A DNA stretch of 64,000 bases, from the NCBI GenBank assembly GCA_013239625.1, contig PNXV01000239.1, forward strand, positions 62,001 to 126,000. Reading direction: 5' to 3'. Below are positions 12,867 to 25,768 of this stretch, one piece after another. The DNA comes from Lama guanicoe. Its lineage: Eukaryota. Every line of letters begins with the position of its first letter. The first letter of the stretch is position 1. Made by a program: the position numbers and the translations under genes. The notes below the pieces were generated by a model. It was not told the DNA's origin. It saw only the letters and a program-made list of their open reading frames with translations, and did no database searches.

Positions 12867-14299
12867 CCTGTATTTATTCTTCGGTGAGGTATCTGTTCAG
12901 ATCTTTTGCCCACTTTTTAATTAGATTGTTTATCTTCTTATTGTTGAGTTTTAACAATTCTTTGCACATTTTGGATACAAGTCCTTTATCATGTATGTGT
13001 TTTGCATATATTTTCTCTGAGTCTATATCTTGTCTTTTCATTTTCTTCACATTGTCTTAGGCAGAACAGAAATTTTTTATTTTAAGGATGTCCAAGTTAT
13101 TAATTTGTCATTTCATGGCTTGTGCTTTTGGTGTTGTATCTAAATACTCATTGCCATACCCATGGTCACCTAGATTTTCTCCTGTTATCTTCTAGAAGTT
13201 TTATAGTTTTGCATTTTACATTTAGGTCTATGATCCATTTTGAGTTAATTTTTGTAAAACGTGCGAGGTCACTGTCTAGATTCACTTTTATGCACGTAAA
13301 TGTCTAGTAGTTCCAGCACCATTTGTCAAAAATACTATCCTTTCCCCAATGTATTCCCTTTGTGTCTTTGTCATCGATTGGTTGACTTTAATGGTATGGG
13401 TCTATTTCTGGACTCCCTAGTCTGTTTCACTGATCTGTTTGTCTGTTTTTTCACTAATTCCACACTGATTTGATGACCATAGTTTTATAGTAAGTCTTGA
13501 AATCAAATAAGTCAAATAATATCAGTTCTCTGACTTTTCTTGTTCAATATTGTGTTGGTTATTCTGGGTCTTTTGTGTCTCCATATAAACTTTAGAATCA
13601 CTTTGTTGATATCCACAAAGTAACTTGCTGGCATTTTGATTGGGATTGTGTCAGTTCTATAGCTCAAGTTGGAGAGAACTGACATCTTAACAATATTGAG
13701 ACTTCCTATCCATGAACATGGATTATCTCTCCGTTTATTTAGATCTACTTTGATTTCTTTCATCTGAGTTTTGTAGATTTCCTCATACAGCTCTTATTTT
13801 GTTAGACTTATACCGAAGTATTTTGTTTTCGATGCTAATATAAGTGGTGTTGTGTTTTTTAATTTCAAATTCCAGTTGCTCATTACATAGGAAAGCAGTT
13901 GACTTTTGTATCTTAAACTTGAATTCTACAATGTTGCTTATAATTGCTTGTTAGTTCCAGAAGGGTTTTTGTTGTTGATCCTTTGGGACTCTCTACATAG
14001 ATAGTTATGCCCTCTACAAATGAACTATTTTATTTTTTTTCTTCTCAATCTGTATGCATTTTAGTTCTTTTCTTGGCTTATTTTTGTTTTAGCTAGGACT
14101 CTTAGTGTGATGTTGAATAGCAGTGGTGAGAAGGGACAACCTTGCCTAGTTTCTGATCTTAAAGGGAAAGGATTTAGCTTCTCAACATGAAACATGATAT
14201 TAATATATCATTTTTTTCTTAAATGATCAAAAAATAAACACAAGATGGTTCTGCTGTCCAAAACTGAGGGTGCCTTTGGAGAGGTGACAGGAAGGGCAG

Positions 14300-15725
14300 T
14301 GATGACACAGGCGGAGCCTGAGTCATTAGGGAACTTTTGTGTTAAGCAGAGGAATTTAAACTTCAGAATGAAAGACATTTAATCGGGGGAATGACATGAT
14401 CAGATTTGCCCTGGCCGCAGGGTGAGAACAGATGGAGAGGCAAGGCTGGAGTCCCAGCAATGTCTCAGAGATGGTTTTTGCAGTAATCCAGGCAGGAGCT
14501 GATGACTACCTAAAGCAGGGCAGTTGCAGTTGGGAACAGAGAGAAGTGGGTGGATTTGAGAACTATTAAGGAAGCAGACATGACAATGCTTGGTGATTGG
14601 TTGACTCGAAGGGGTAAGGACAGGGAGGCAGCTGGGGCACTGCCTGGATTTCTGACTAGGTAGTGGATGGCATACCTCACCACTGAGGTCAGGTGCAGAA
14701 TGAGGATTTGGAAGGGAATGTGAAAGGTTCATTTCTGGGTAGAGGACCTCAGAAGATTGGATGTAGGGTCCTAGAGCACAAGAGAGCAGTTTGTCCAGTA
14801 GATAAATTTGGGGGAGGGGCAGTTTACACATTCACAATGGGAGCTGTGGGGGGATGCATGTGGTCGGCGTGAGAGTGGTACAGTCAGAGTGAAGACATCC
14901 TGACTGGAGCCCAAGGAATCACTAAGTGGTGATGGGAACAGGAGGAGAAGCCAGGCAAAGGGACTTTGACATGGCGGTCTGTAAAGAAGGGGGTAGCCAG
15001 GAGAGAGAGCCACCCATGGATGGGTGCAAGGAAGAGGAAAGCTGTCCATGCATAGGGAGAACTTGAAGAAGGAAGGAGAGGTCTCCCAGACCAAAGTAAG
15101 GACTGACAGGTCCTCCTCCATGACTTGACTCTGTCCTCAGTACTCCAGCATTGCATTGCAACCATTCCTTCCTCTGCTTTACCAAGTCTGATGGAAAGAT
15201 TGGCTATTTCTGCATTTCACATATAGCAGGTGTGGATAAATCTGCCAAGTATGTTAAAAAGGTTTTTAAAATACGATTTTTATTCTTAGAAAAAAAAGAG
15301 TTTTGGGAAAACTCTCCTTTTTTTGAATACCTACTCTACCAGTGGCGATGGTGAGTAGGTGTTGGACATACGGACGTGGGGTTCAGGGAGGGGTATGGGC
15401 TGGAGATGGGAACTTGGATGCGGTCAACATATAGATGACACTGAGAGCCTTAGATGAGAGCACGGGTTGGGGAGTGGGGTGCCTAACAATGGAGAAGAGA
15501 AGGGGACCAAGGACAGACCCCCAGTTGCACCAGTGTTTGGAGACAAGGGAGGTAGGTGGGAAACTGCAAAGGAGACCTACAAGGAGAAGCCACGGATAGG
15601 AAGAAAATAGATGAGTCTGGTGTCTAGGAAACCAAATGAAGAAAGTGTTCCAAGGAGGAAGTTTTGATGAAGTGTGTCAAGTGCTGCTTTTAGATCAAGT
15701 AAGATGAAAACCAAGAATTGACACT
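14300..15725 (-). mobile_element. Degraded L2 LINE fragments (about 14300-14950 and 15345-15725)
   Basis: Purine-rich antisense L2 text (gcagtaatccaggcagga, aaaccaaatgaagaaagtgttccaaggagg). Confidence 0.6.
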
Positions 15726-16141
15726 GTGTATGTGTGTGCATACACACACACCTATATGGGATTTTTTTTCTTTTAAGGAAAATAATTTGAGATAATTTCC
15801 TCTAGAGTGAAAGCAGTGCATAATGATGGTATGAAGACAGCCTGGGTGGAAGGGTTGTTTGCTTTTGTCCCAAGCCTTCCTTTTCTGCTAGCCCACCTCT
15901 TGACCATTCTGAAATGGTTCTGAAATGGAGAGAAGATGGTGGACAGCACCAAAGGCCACCAGATGTTGAACACCCAGGAGAGCCACGGGCAGCCACCAAG
16001 GCAGCATCCTGAGGCCACCTGCACTCCCTGAGGCCACCCCCTATCTGCTTCCCAGGCAGGTGGCAACAGAGGTGGAATCATGTACAGTTGGTCACCCATA
16101 GGAGCCACATGTGTGACATTCACTTACAGAAATGGCAGCAG

Positions 16142-16266
16142 AAGGAGGAAGAGTATAGCTCAGTGGCAGTGGAAGAGTACATGCCTAGCATGCACAAGGT
16201 CCTGGGTTCAATCCCCAGTGCCTCCATTAAAAAAAAAAAAAGGAGAAAAAAAAAAAAAGGAACGAA
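16142..16266 (+). mobile_element. Short tRNA-Ala-derived retrocopy / Vic-1-like SINE (head plus poly-A)
   Basis: tagctcagtgg A-box, gggttcaatcccc B-box, cctcca end and A-tail. Degenerate TSD agaa(a/t)tggca(g/c)cag at 16128-16141 and 16267-16280. Confidence 0.75.
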
Positions 16267-17089
16267 AGAATTGGCACCAGGCTGTCTCCACCAGCTCTAT
16301 GTCAAGAATTGCTTGCACTCTGGGTTCTGTGGCCTTCTGGCCATTCAGGCAGTAACCATGTAAAGGGCAGTTTGGGACAAAGGAGTATTTCAAACTTCCC
16401 TCCATATTCCATGCTTTGACCATGCTTCTTTGTGGAAGCAAATGGGGGACTTGGAAGTCATAGACTGCACTTGGCTCTGAAACTGGTGTCTTATTCCAGT
16501 TATGTTTCTATGGAAACAGATATTGGAAGAAGCAAATACATAGAGTTTTAAATAATTTTAACTCTTATCTTCTGCCTCCCTCTACAGTTGCTCTGGAAAA
16601 GAATTCCAATCCCAAAGCAGACACTTTCAGAAACATCTGGTATCTTCATAAAGCTTGTCCAGGCTCCATCTCACACTATTCATTTTGAAATAAAGAGGTA
16701 TCAGAATGGCCAGGGTGAGGGGCGTGCTAAGGGTCATGGTCCACTCTGCTCTGTGAGCTGCACATGGACAGCCTGGTGGTCCAAGGCTTTGATGCCCAGG
16801 GTCATATTCCAAGTGGCGAGTCATCACTGCCATCCCTGGACAGTAGGACAGGTCTTTGTCATCCATAGTCATCTATGGGGTTCTGGATGGTCCTGCTCGG
16901 GCTCCACCTGGATGCAGACCAAGTCCCAGGCAGGGCAGTAGGACTCAGCAAGGACCTCGGGTGGACCCATTAGCTGAGGCCACCCCAGTTAGCCTGCCTA
17001 CCACCTCCTGGGAGAGGGCTGAACCATCTGAAGTTCTGACCATGCCATTCTCCTGTTCAATCCTCCCTGTTGGCTAGAGATGAAGCCCT

Positions 17090-17582
17090 CACTCTGAGCG
17101 GTTCGGGAGGTTCTCAATGATCTGGCAGTCTGGCCCCACTCACTTCCCCTGCCTCCTCTCTCAGCCCCTCCCTCACTCCTTGAGCTCAGCTCCCCTTACT
17201 AGTGGCATTTCATTAAAATGTCACACTCTGTCTCCTTCCACACCTTTGTACCTGCTGTCCTCTACTGCCCAGAACACCCTCCCTCCCATCACAATACACC
17301 ATCTTCATGTAAAAAATTCCTACTTGACCTTCAAGAGGCAGCTCAGAAGCATCTTCTCCAGAAGCATCTGGAACAGCAGGCTGCTTTGAATGCCTCTGTC
17401 TAGGCCCCCACCTCACCTTGTCTGCCCCTCATCTGATCACAACACTGGTAATTATCTGCCTGTGCACCTGGCCCCTCCTAGTCTGTGACCTCCTGAGAGG
17501 CCAGGGCCATCTGTGTGTCCCCAGCACCCACTGGCAGAGCCTGGCTCTCAGTAAGTGCTCAGTAAATATTTATTGAATAAAT
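17090..17582 (+). mobile_element. L2 LINE 3' end
   Basis: Ends in the L2 tail gctcagtaaatatttattgaataa. Confidence 0.65.
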
Positions 17583-19789
17583 TGTTCCCTCCACCTGGAA
17601 CTCTCTCGCCAAGCCTCCATATGTCCGAATTCAACCCATCTGTCTGGGCCCATTAAGCCGGCTTCTCCAAGAAATGTCTTTGCTGAGTTGCAATTTAATT
17701 TAATATTACACCCTCACCTTTTATCAAGGGCCCACTTACAGGGCTAAAGCTGCCAATTGAAGGATGATTCAGCATCTTCTATAAAAGACTGTTGTTCAGT
17801 TTGTGACTTCGTCCCTGGAGACAGCGATCCACTGGATAGATCCTCACGGAATTTAGCGCCAGGAAATGGGCTGTGCTCCCCTCACGAACCGGTATCTACT
17901 TCCTTCCTTCCATCAGGCAGTCGTAACTGGATAAGCCACTCTGTTTTCTTTTTAACCTTGGCTGCCAGAAAGTTGGAGCCAAATTCAACACTCAGCCGCA
18001 ATAACCATCTTTTCTCGGGTTCCTGGAGGATTATCTCGCCTTCTGATCGTTCGTCTTTATTTTTAACTGTCCTGTTGTGTTTGGGCTTTTATTGTGCGCT
18101 GCCTCAGGCCCTTTGGGAGAGGAGGCAAGGTGTAAGTTCCAGATTAAGTTATTAAAATAAGAACGCTAGGCGAGATTTAATTGAAATGATGTGCCAGAGA
18201 GACATTTTCAGGATGTCCTCAAACATTCTCCTCTGGCTGGGGTCCCAGATTGGCCTCGGCTGCAGTCAGCATGGTGGGCCCCATGTGTGGACAGACTGCT
18301 CTGCCGGCCACAGCCAAGCTTCTGGAACATTTCATCCGAAGGCATCTCAGATCTAGGGGAGACCGCAGTTTGTTTCAGTTTCCTTATTGGCTTCCCTTGT
18401 GCCTTTGGGAGGTCCTAAGGCTCCAGAGGCCCCTCAGGACACCAAGCAAAAGACACAGAGACACCGCAGCAGGGGACAGCCCTGAGGCAGGGAATTCTCT
18501 GGTCTCTACCCGTCCAGTGCTCCGCAGAGGGTGGCCTGTCTACTGGCCATCCTCAAGTGCCACAGGGCAGAACAGCTGGAAAATTATCTGCGATACTGGC
18601 CTCTTTTGAACACTGTGTGTCTTGGTAAAGCCAGTCCGGTTCTTGAGCAAAGACTGCCTTTAAATTTTGATGGTTTTCCCCGCACAGGGCACTCATGGAG
18701 ATGTCCCCTCTTCCTTGCGGGAGAATTCCAGCCAGCCTGCCTCTTCGTAAATGGTGTGTCATCTGGGCGCTCCTGCAGCTTTCTGGGGAGCCCACTGTGT
18801 GTGTGCTCAGACTCCCCTGAGGACTGCTCAGTCTGAGGGGCAAGACTGGACACACACAGAGTGGGCTGTCACCTTCTCCATGACATATGCCTCCAGACTC
18901 TTGGTTTTATGTCTGGCTTACTGTACAGAGATACTAGGCTTACTTTTCTAAAATATGAGCTAGGATGGGGTTTGAAGTCATGTCCCTCAGAGGGTGAAGA
19001 GTGAGAAAGAACAGGGTGTGCTAGGTTTGCTGTGGTAACAACAGCAAAACTCAGTGGATTAAAACCTCAGAGACTTCGCTCGTCATAGCACTTGTTCACA
19101 GAAGAACAGCTAAAGCCTGCCGCCACCACAGCATCGTCACTCCAGGACACAGCTGGTGGGCACCTCCAGAGACAGTTTTTGTGGCACAGAGCATGGCAGG
19201 TGTGCACTAACTTTTAAAGCTTCCACTCACTTTCACTCATGTTTCATTGGCCCCAACAGGTCAACTCTCCATGCCTGAGTTCAGTGGGTCAGGGAAAAGC
19301 CATCCTACCATGAACCTAGGAGAGAAAGAGCCGGGGTTGGAGGTTTAGCCATAATGACTATGGGAGGGCCTTCCATCTATCTTCCTGCCACTGTCACAGA
19401 TACCACCCCCCGACTAGAATGTGAGCTCCATGAGAACAAGGGAGGAGGCAGAACTGTGTTTTATTCACTGCTGCATCCCCAGTCCCTCAATAAATAAGAC
19501 CAGGTAAATGACTGAAGGAAGCCAGCCTTCAATCCATTGCTTCTGTCCATCTCCACTGCTCCTACCGAGGTCCGGGGCACCGTCATCTCTCATCTGGCAT
19601 CACAGAGAGGGCACTATGAGCAGAGCTACTGTGGACGCACCGTGGACAAGAGGGATGACGCTGCCTTTCCTGTGGAGGCCACCGAGCTGTGGTTTATTGT
19701 TGTTGTTACCACAACTTTCTAAGCAAGCTCCCTCCTCCCACTCATAGCCCCTTCAAGCCATTCTCCATGGCAGTTGGAAGTGTCCTTTT

Positions 19790-20353
19790 GTTTTTTTAGA
19801 TATAATTTACATACCGTAAAATTCACAGTTTTAAAATGTACAGTACAGTGGTTTTTAGTACATTCCTAAGATCGTACAGTCATCCTCACTAGTTCCAGAA
19901 AATTCTCATCACTCCAAACAGAAACCCTGTTCCTTTTACCCATCACCCCTATTTCCCCTTCCCTCCAGCCCCTGGCAACCACAAATCTACTTTATGGCTC
20001 TGTGGATTTGCCTACTCTGGATATTTCGTATCAACAGAATCATACAATACATTGATTTTTGTGTCTGGCTCCTTTGACGTAGCATAATGTTTTTAAGGTT
20101 CCTCCATGTTGTAGCCTGTGTCAGCATTTCCTGCCTTTTTATGGCTAAGTAATATTCCCTTATGTGGATATACCACATTTTATTTGTCCATTCATCAGTT
20201 GATGGATATTTGGGTTGTTTCTACTTTTTGACTATTATAAGTAATGCTGCTATGAGCATTTATTTACAAGTTTTTATGTGAACATATGTTTTCAGTTGTC
20301 TTGGGTGTGTGTATGTATATGTGTGTATATATGTGTGTGTGTGTGTGTGTATG

Positions 20354-20400
<47 letters not shown>

Positions 20401-20755
20401 GCTGTGTTATGTGGTAATTCTGTTTAACATTTTTAGGAACTGCTAGACAGTGCCATGTGTCTAAAATTTTACATTCCCACCAGCAATGTACGAGGGTTCC
20501 AATCTCTCCACATTGTTGCCAACACTTGTCATTTATCTTCCTTTTTGATTACAGCCATCCTATTGGATGTGAAGTGGAATCTCATTGTGGTTTTGATGAG
20601 AATGACAGTCAAATGACCAATGATGTTAACATATTTTTATGTGCTTATTGACCATTTGTATATCTTCTTTGGAGAAATGTCTATTTAAGTCCTTTGCCCA
20701 TTTTTAGTTGAATTATTTATCCTTTTGTTGTTGAGTTATAAGAGTTCTTTACATA
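19790..20755 (-). mobile_element. L1MB-type 3' end fragment containing a compound microsatellite
   Basis: Antisense L1 3' UTR (cccctggcaaccac, ccattcatcagttgatggatatttgggttgtt). Confidence 0.8.
20305..20397. repeat. Compound microsatellite (TG)n-(TA)n-(GA)n
   Basis: Directly visible. Confidence 0.95.
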
Positions 20756-22632
20756 AAGGTAGGCCAAATGTGTGATTCTAGATCCTGGCCACATCACCCC
20801 AGAAGAGATCTTTTTAAAAATACTTGTACTTGGGTCACATTGCCCAGAAATTCTGATTTAATTGGTTTAGAAAGAGGCCCGAACACTGGAGTTTTTTAGA
20901 AATTGCTATGGGTTCTGGTGTGCAGCCAGGGTTGAAACTTTCTGAGCTCACCCCTCACCAGTGTCTAGGAAGGCCCCAGGACTGCACTTTGGTTACCAGA
21001 GTTAGAAACAGACTCAGGAAAATATGTTTAAGGCTAAAAGATGAGAGAAGAAAAGCCTAAATCCAAGAGATCTGAAGTTCAGTTGGTCCCCTACCAACCC
21101 CTACCCTAACCCGAGCTGGAAGACATGATGGTGACAAAGGAAATACAGACTCAGGGAGAGGGCTACACGGGAAGGTTGGCATGTGCAGACCCCACAGAGC
21201 TGAGTGAGTCCCTCCAGTCTCACGTTTTGCTGAAAACCCTCGTCAGCATTTGAACAACTGTTTTCCCCAGTGGAAGACAGAAAGTAAGAAATAGGAAACA
21301 AGGAAAAGCTATGGGATTTCGATTTCTGTTGCATTTTTCATTGGAGCTGAGAGGCAGAGGGTGAGCAAGTTGCAGACCAGAACTTTAGGTGGGTTAAAAC
21401 AACACCTGCCCTGCCATTGCAGGGAGCCACTGACCACAGAAACCAACGAGGGCAAGGGAACCACAGTGTCCAGGCACCTCGCCACCCACAGTGGCTCCGA
21501 AATAGAACTGCCGGCCACTTGGTGGGATGCTCGTTATTTTCTGCCACTGTTTGGCTTGAAGTGTCTCCCTAAGGTGACAGTGGGTTAAACTTCAAATACT
21601 GAGTCATTTTGATCCTGACATAGGATGGAGCACTTAACATGACCCAGAGATGCTCAGTTCAGTTCAGAAGACCCTGACACAACCTGTGGGCCCCTCCAAA
21701 GGGCTCAGGGGACAGCAGCATCGTCATCCCAATTCTTAATGCCCAGCCCACCCACTCCCCTACCCTTCCCTGGACCGGAGCTCTAAGCCCAGGTCTATCC
21801 CACTGGAGAACAGGCACTCAACAATTGGCAAATACACACTGTAATAATGGGTGCCTGCATTTCTACTGCATGCACAGTTTACCAAGCACCTTGACATCAC
21901 TGTGTTTTAGAGATGAGGAAACTGAGACTGGAGAGGTGAACTGATTGCCTGCAACTGGAAACACCCAGCCCAGGCCATGTGCTGCTAGATGACTCGGGAT
22001 CGATTCTGCTTGGATCGGTCTGTTGGTCTATTCATACTTCCTGCATCTTTTCACATCAGTCCTGTGTTTTACTTAGTTTTGTTTTAAAGAAATTTCCTTC
22101 ATCGATGCTTTCAAGATTATTAGCATCCACTGTGCATAATGCTCTCTTATAGATGTTCAGATCTCTCTCACATCTGTGATTCTCTGGTTGATGTTTCATA
22201 AGAGCGAAGCACTTGTGAGCAGATGTTCAAACCGAGCAAATTCAGATCTGAGAGCACTGCCTCCCAGTCCAGCCTCGTCCTCAGTAGCGGGTCTGTGCAG
22301 CCTTCATCCAGGACTCCAAAGAAGCTGCTTAGTCTTGGTTTAACAGCAAAAATAGTAACAGCGGCAGCTTTTGCTGAGTACATACTGTGTGCTAGGACAT
22401 CGTTCCAGGTGCTTTCCTTTATTGGCTCTCTTAATCCTCACAACCACCCATACCACCCATGCAGTAGTTACCATTGTTATCCCTAGTCTACAGGTGAGGA
22501 AGCTGAGGCACAGAGGGGTTAAGCAGCATGATCACAGTCACACAGCATTTAGCCCGTTGTGGTCAGGGAATTGGACTGTGGAGTCAGGCTTCTGATCCCA
22601 GCTCGGCCGCTTACTGTATGCAGTTAGGTATG

Positions 22633-23087
22633 TGTCATGGGTTGAACTGTGACCCCCAAAAAGATATGTCAACGTCCTTCCCCTAGAACCTGTGAGTGCA
22701 ACCTTATTTAGAAAAAGGGTCTTTGCAAGGGTGATTAAATTAAAAATATTAAAATGAAATCTCCTGGATTACCCAGATTGGCCCTAAATTCAATGACAAG
22801 TGTCATTAAAAGAAGCAGAAGAGGAGAGGACATAGACCCAGAGGAGAAGGTCAGATGACAGTGGAAGCAGGGACCAGAGTGATGAAGCCACAAGCCAGGG
22901 AGCGCCCGGAGCCCCCAGAAGCAGCAGAGGCACAGGAGTTCCCCTGGAGCCCCTAGAGGGAGCGCAGCTTTGCCAGCGCCTTGATTTCCAGGTTCTGGCT
23001 TCCAGAACTGTCTAAGGATAAATTTCTATTAGTTTTAAACCACCCAGTTTATGGATATTAGTTTAGCAACCCTTGGAAACTAATACA
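22633..23087 (+). mobile_element. MaLR solo LTR (MLT1C/D-like) inserted into a MIR
   Basis: Starts tgtcatgggttgaactgtgaccccc and ends ggaaactaataca; MIR sequence continues on both sides. Confidence 0.8.
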
Positions 23088-25054
23088 ATAAGTGACTTAA
23101 CTTGTGAGAGCCGCAGTTTCTTCATCCACGATATGGGTCTAGATACTAATAACGCCCACCTCAGAGAGCTTCGGGGAGGATTAGAAGGGACAGCGTGCCT
23201 ATGAAGGACTCACCCCGCATGTGGAGGGCGCCCAGTGGAGGTTAGCTATTACTTGGAGCATTATTACCTGGTCCTTGACGGCCCTGCCCCTGGGCCCTCT
23301 CAGAGTTGATCCCTCATCTTGCCATTTTCCTGTGTCTGACTCCTTGTCATGGGCCCCCTGAGCCCAGCCCAGTGTGCTCCTGGCTTCGGAATCTCAGAGG
23401 AATCAAATCTGACTCCTAGATGCAGGCTGCCGAGCCCGTTCCTCCAAGCCATTATCGCCAGAGCTGCCAGAGCGAGACTATGAACATCCACACATGGCGT
23501 TTTAATATTTCACCCAAGAAGTCATTTTCTTACATGAGTCAGACACAGAAGGCTCAGAGAATTAAGTTGAGAAAGGTAACTCTGGGCCGGAGTGATTTCT
23601 GCCAACGGGTGTGGAGGATTTTTCCTGCGTCTGCTCAGCTTTTCTTTCTTATCTGTGTCTTACAGCAGACGGAAAGCAGGCTGACAAGAGATTGCATGTT
23701 CATACCAATTATTAAATATATATGGCAGCCTTCTGGAAGTGCATTCACATGCCAAGGAAATGGAATGTATTCACCAACCCAGGCTCCAGCACTGGGCTTT
23801 GGAGGAATAATGAAGTAGCCGTAAACACTATGATCCAAGGTTTTAATCTATATTCTGCCACCTCCTAGCTGTGTGACTTTGGGTGAGTGATTCACCCTCT
23901 CTGAGCCTAAGTGCTCATAAGGAAAATCCATTTCTCCCTTACAGATTTACCATGTACACTGACTGGGGTCACATGTTCGAGTGCCTAGCACTAAGTCTGA
24001 CACACAGGAGTCCCATCATTGTGACTTCTGTTCCCACTCTCTGACTCAGACCTCCCTGACTCCACAGGGAAATTAACATAACTACCCTGCCCACCTCCCA
24101 GGGAGGTCTTAAGGAGCAATGTTGCTGCCAGTGGAGTGGATTTACACCTTCCAATGCATTTCCGCTGACTCCACTCACTTAAGCCTCACGATCACCTTGA
24201 GCAGAGAGAGTTCTCTTCCCATTTTGCAGGTGAGCACCTGGAGATGCATGGAGTCAAGTGATGGACTCTGGACCACAAGAGGGGCTCAGAGGCTCTAAGC
24301 CAGGCCACAGCTCCCCAAAGCCATGCTCCTTTCACGCCCCATGCTGACTCTCAAATGAGATAATGGATGGGAAATTGCTTCCTAAGGAGCAGAGCTCTAC
24401 CCCAGCTTGAGGCCTGTTACTGTTATTATCTCAAGCACCTGCCTGTGGTCAGGCATCCTAACTGCCTTTTTGTCCAAGTCTGTTGTCCTCACTTCCCCCT
24501 TCTAGGATAAGCCAGTTGGATCAGTCTCATTCGGCTTGCTCCAAGGCAGTCTCTGAACTCAAGCATGTGTTGTTGAACTGCATCCCCGCATGCACACCCT
24601 CAACCCCTCTCCTCGTGCCTTCTCGCACATCCACATCCTCTGCTCCACCCACTCGCTCTCACTCCCTCATCCAGGAGGCTCTCAGCACAGCCTAGCTCTG
24701 TTGTGAAGAAACCCTTGCGAAGCTGAGCTGTACCATGAGGTCACTAGAGACATGTGCTGTTCACTCATTCACCAGACCCACATTTGCTGGGCATTCACTT
24801 TGTGCCCAGCGATGGATAAGGCACAAGCCCTGCTCTTAGGACTCTCCTAGTCCGGGGGGACAGATGGGTAAATTGACCTGTCAGTGCAGTGGTTAAGTGC
24901 TGGGAAAGCTTAGCCCCCAGCCCTAGGGGATCGCAGAGGAGGTGGCTAGTCATTCTACCCTGAGAAATGTTTCATTAAAAAGTGGGGAGATGTGCTTTTC
25001 CCCAAAGTCTTGAAAGGACAAGTAAGGCTTACAGAGCTAAAGAAAACTCGAGCT

Positions 25055-25768
25055 ATACAAAACAGTCTGGCAGTTCCTCAAAAAATTAAACAGTTACCCC
25101 ATGACCCAGCAGTTCCACTCCTAGGTATCCATTCATTCAAGAGAAGTGAAAGTGTGTATATAAATACTTATAGCAGCATTATTCACAATAGCCAAAAAAG
25201 TGGGAACAACCCAAATGTCCATCAGTTGATGAATGGATAAACATAATGTGATATGTCCAGACGATTGAACATCATTCAGACATAAAGAGAAATGCAGTTC
25301 TAATGCACACTACAATGTGGATGAACCTTGAAAACGTTATGTTCAGTGAAAGAAACCAGACACTAAAAGGCCACATATTGGGGGAGGGTGTAGCTCAGTG
25401 GTAGAGCGCATGCCTAGCATGCACAAGGTCCTGGGTTCAATCCCCAGTACCTCCATTAAAATAAATCAACCTAATTAGCCCCACCAAAATAAATAAATAA
25501 ATAAATAGCCACATATTGTATGATTCAATCTATTGAAATGTCCAGAATAGGCAAATCCATAGAGACAGAAAGATTAGTGGCTGGGGACAGGGAATGGGGA
25601 GTAACTACCAACAGGTATGGCATTTCTTTTTGAAGTGGTAAGAATTATCTGGAATTGGATAGTAGTAATGGTTGGACAACATTGTAAACATACTAAAAAC
25701 CACTGCTTGTACACTTTAAAATGGCTAAAATAGTGAATTTTTGTATGAATTTTATCTCATTTTTTAAA
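25055..25768 (+). mobile_element. L1MB-type 3' end fragment, interrupted by a SINE
   Basis: Sense L1 3' UTR (gacccagcagttccactcctaggtat ... gtacactttaaaatggct). Confidence 0.8.
25381..25507 (+). mobile_element. tRNA-Ala-derived camelid SINE (Vic-1-like), well preserved
   Basis: ggggagggtgtagctcagtggtagagcgcatgcctagcatgcacaaggtcctgggttcaatccccagtacctcca, then body and (AAAT)n tail. Perfect TSD gccacatattg at 25370-25380 and 25508-25518. Confidence 0.88.

Larger units (their letters stand above)
11075..14200 (-). mobile_element. Old 5'-truncated L1M (L1MC/MD-type) element: 3' UTR plus degraded ORF2 end; hosts two later insertions
   Basis: Antisense L1 3' UTR text and degraded ORF2 peptides (e.g. 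13512-13763 minus: PCSWIGSLNIVKMSVL). Confidence 0.85.

Noticed and set aside
19625..19655. REST/NRSE-like gcaccgtggaca
   Set aside because: Lacks the TCA 5' flank and the G-rich 3' end of the 21-bp element; only a partial match.
25381..25455. Functional tRNA-Ala gene
   Set aside because: Has a TSD, SINE body and A-rich tail, no oligo-T terminator, and an altered anticodon loop; it is a SINE head.
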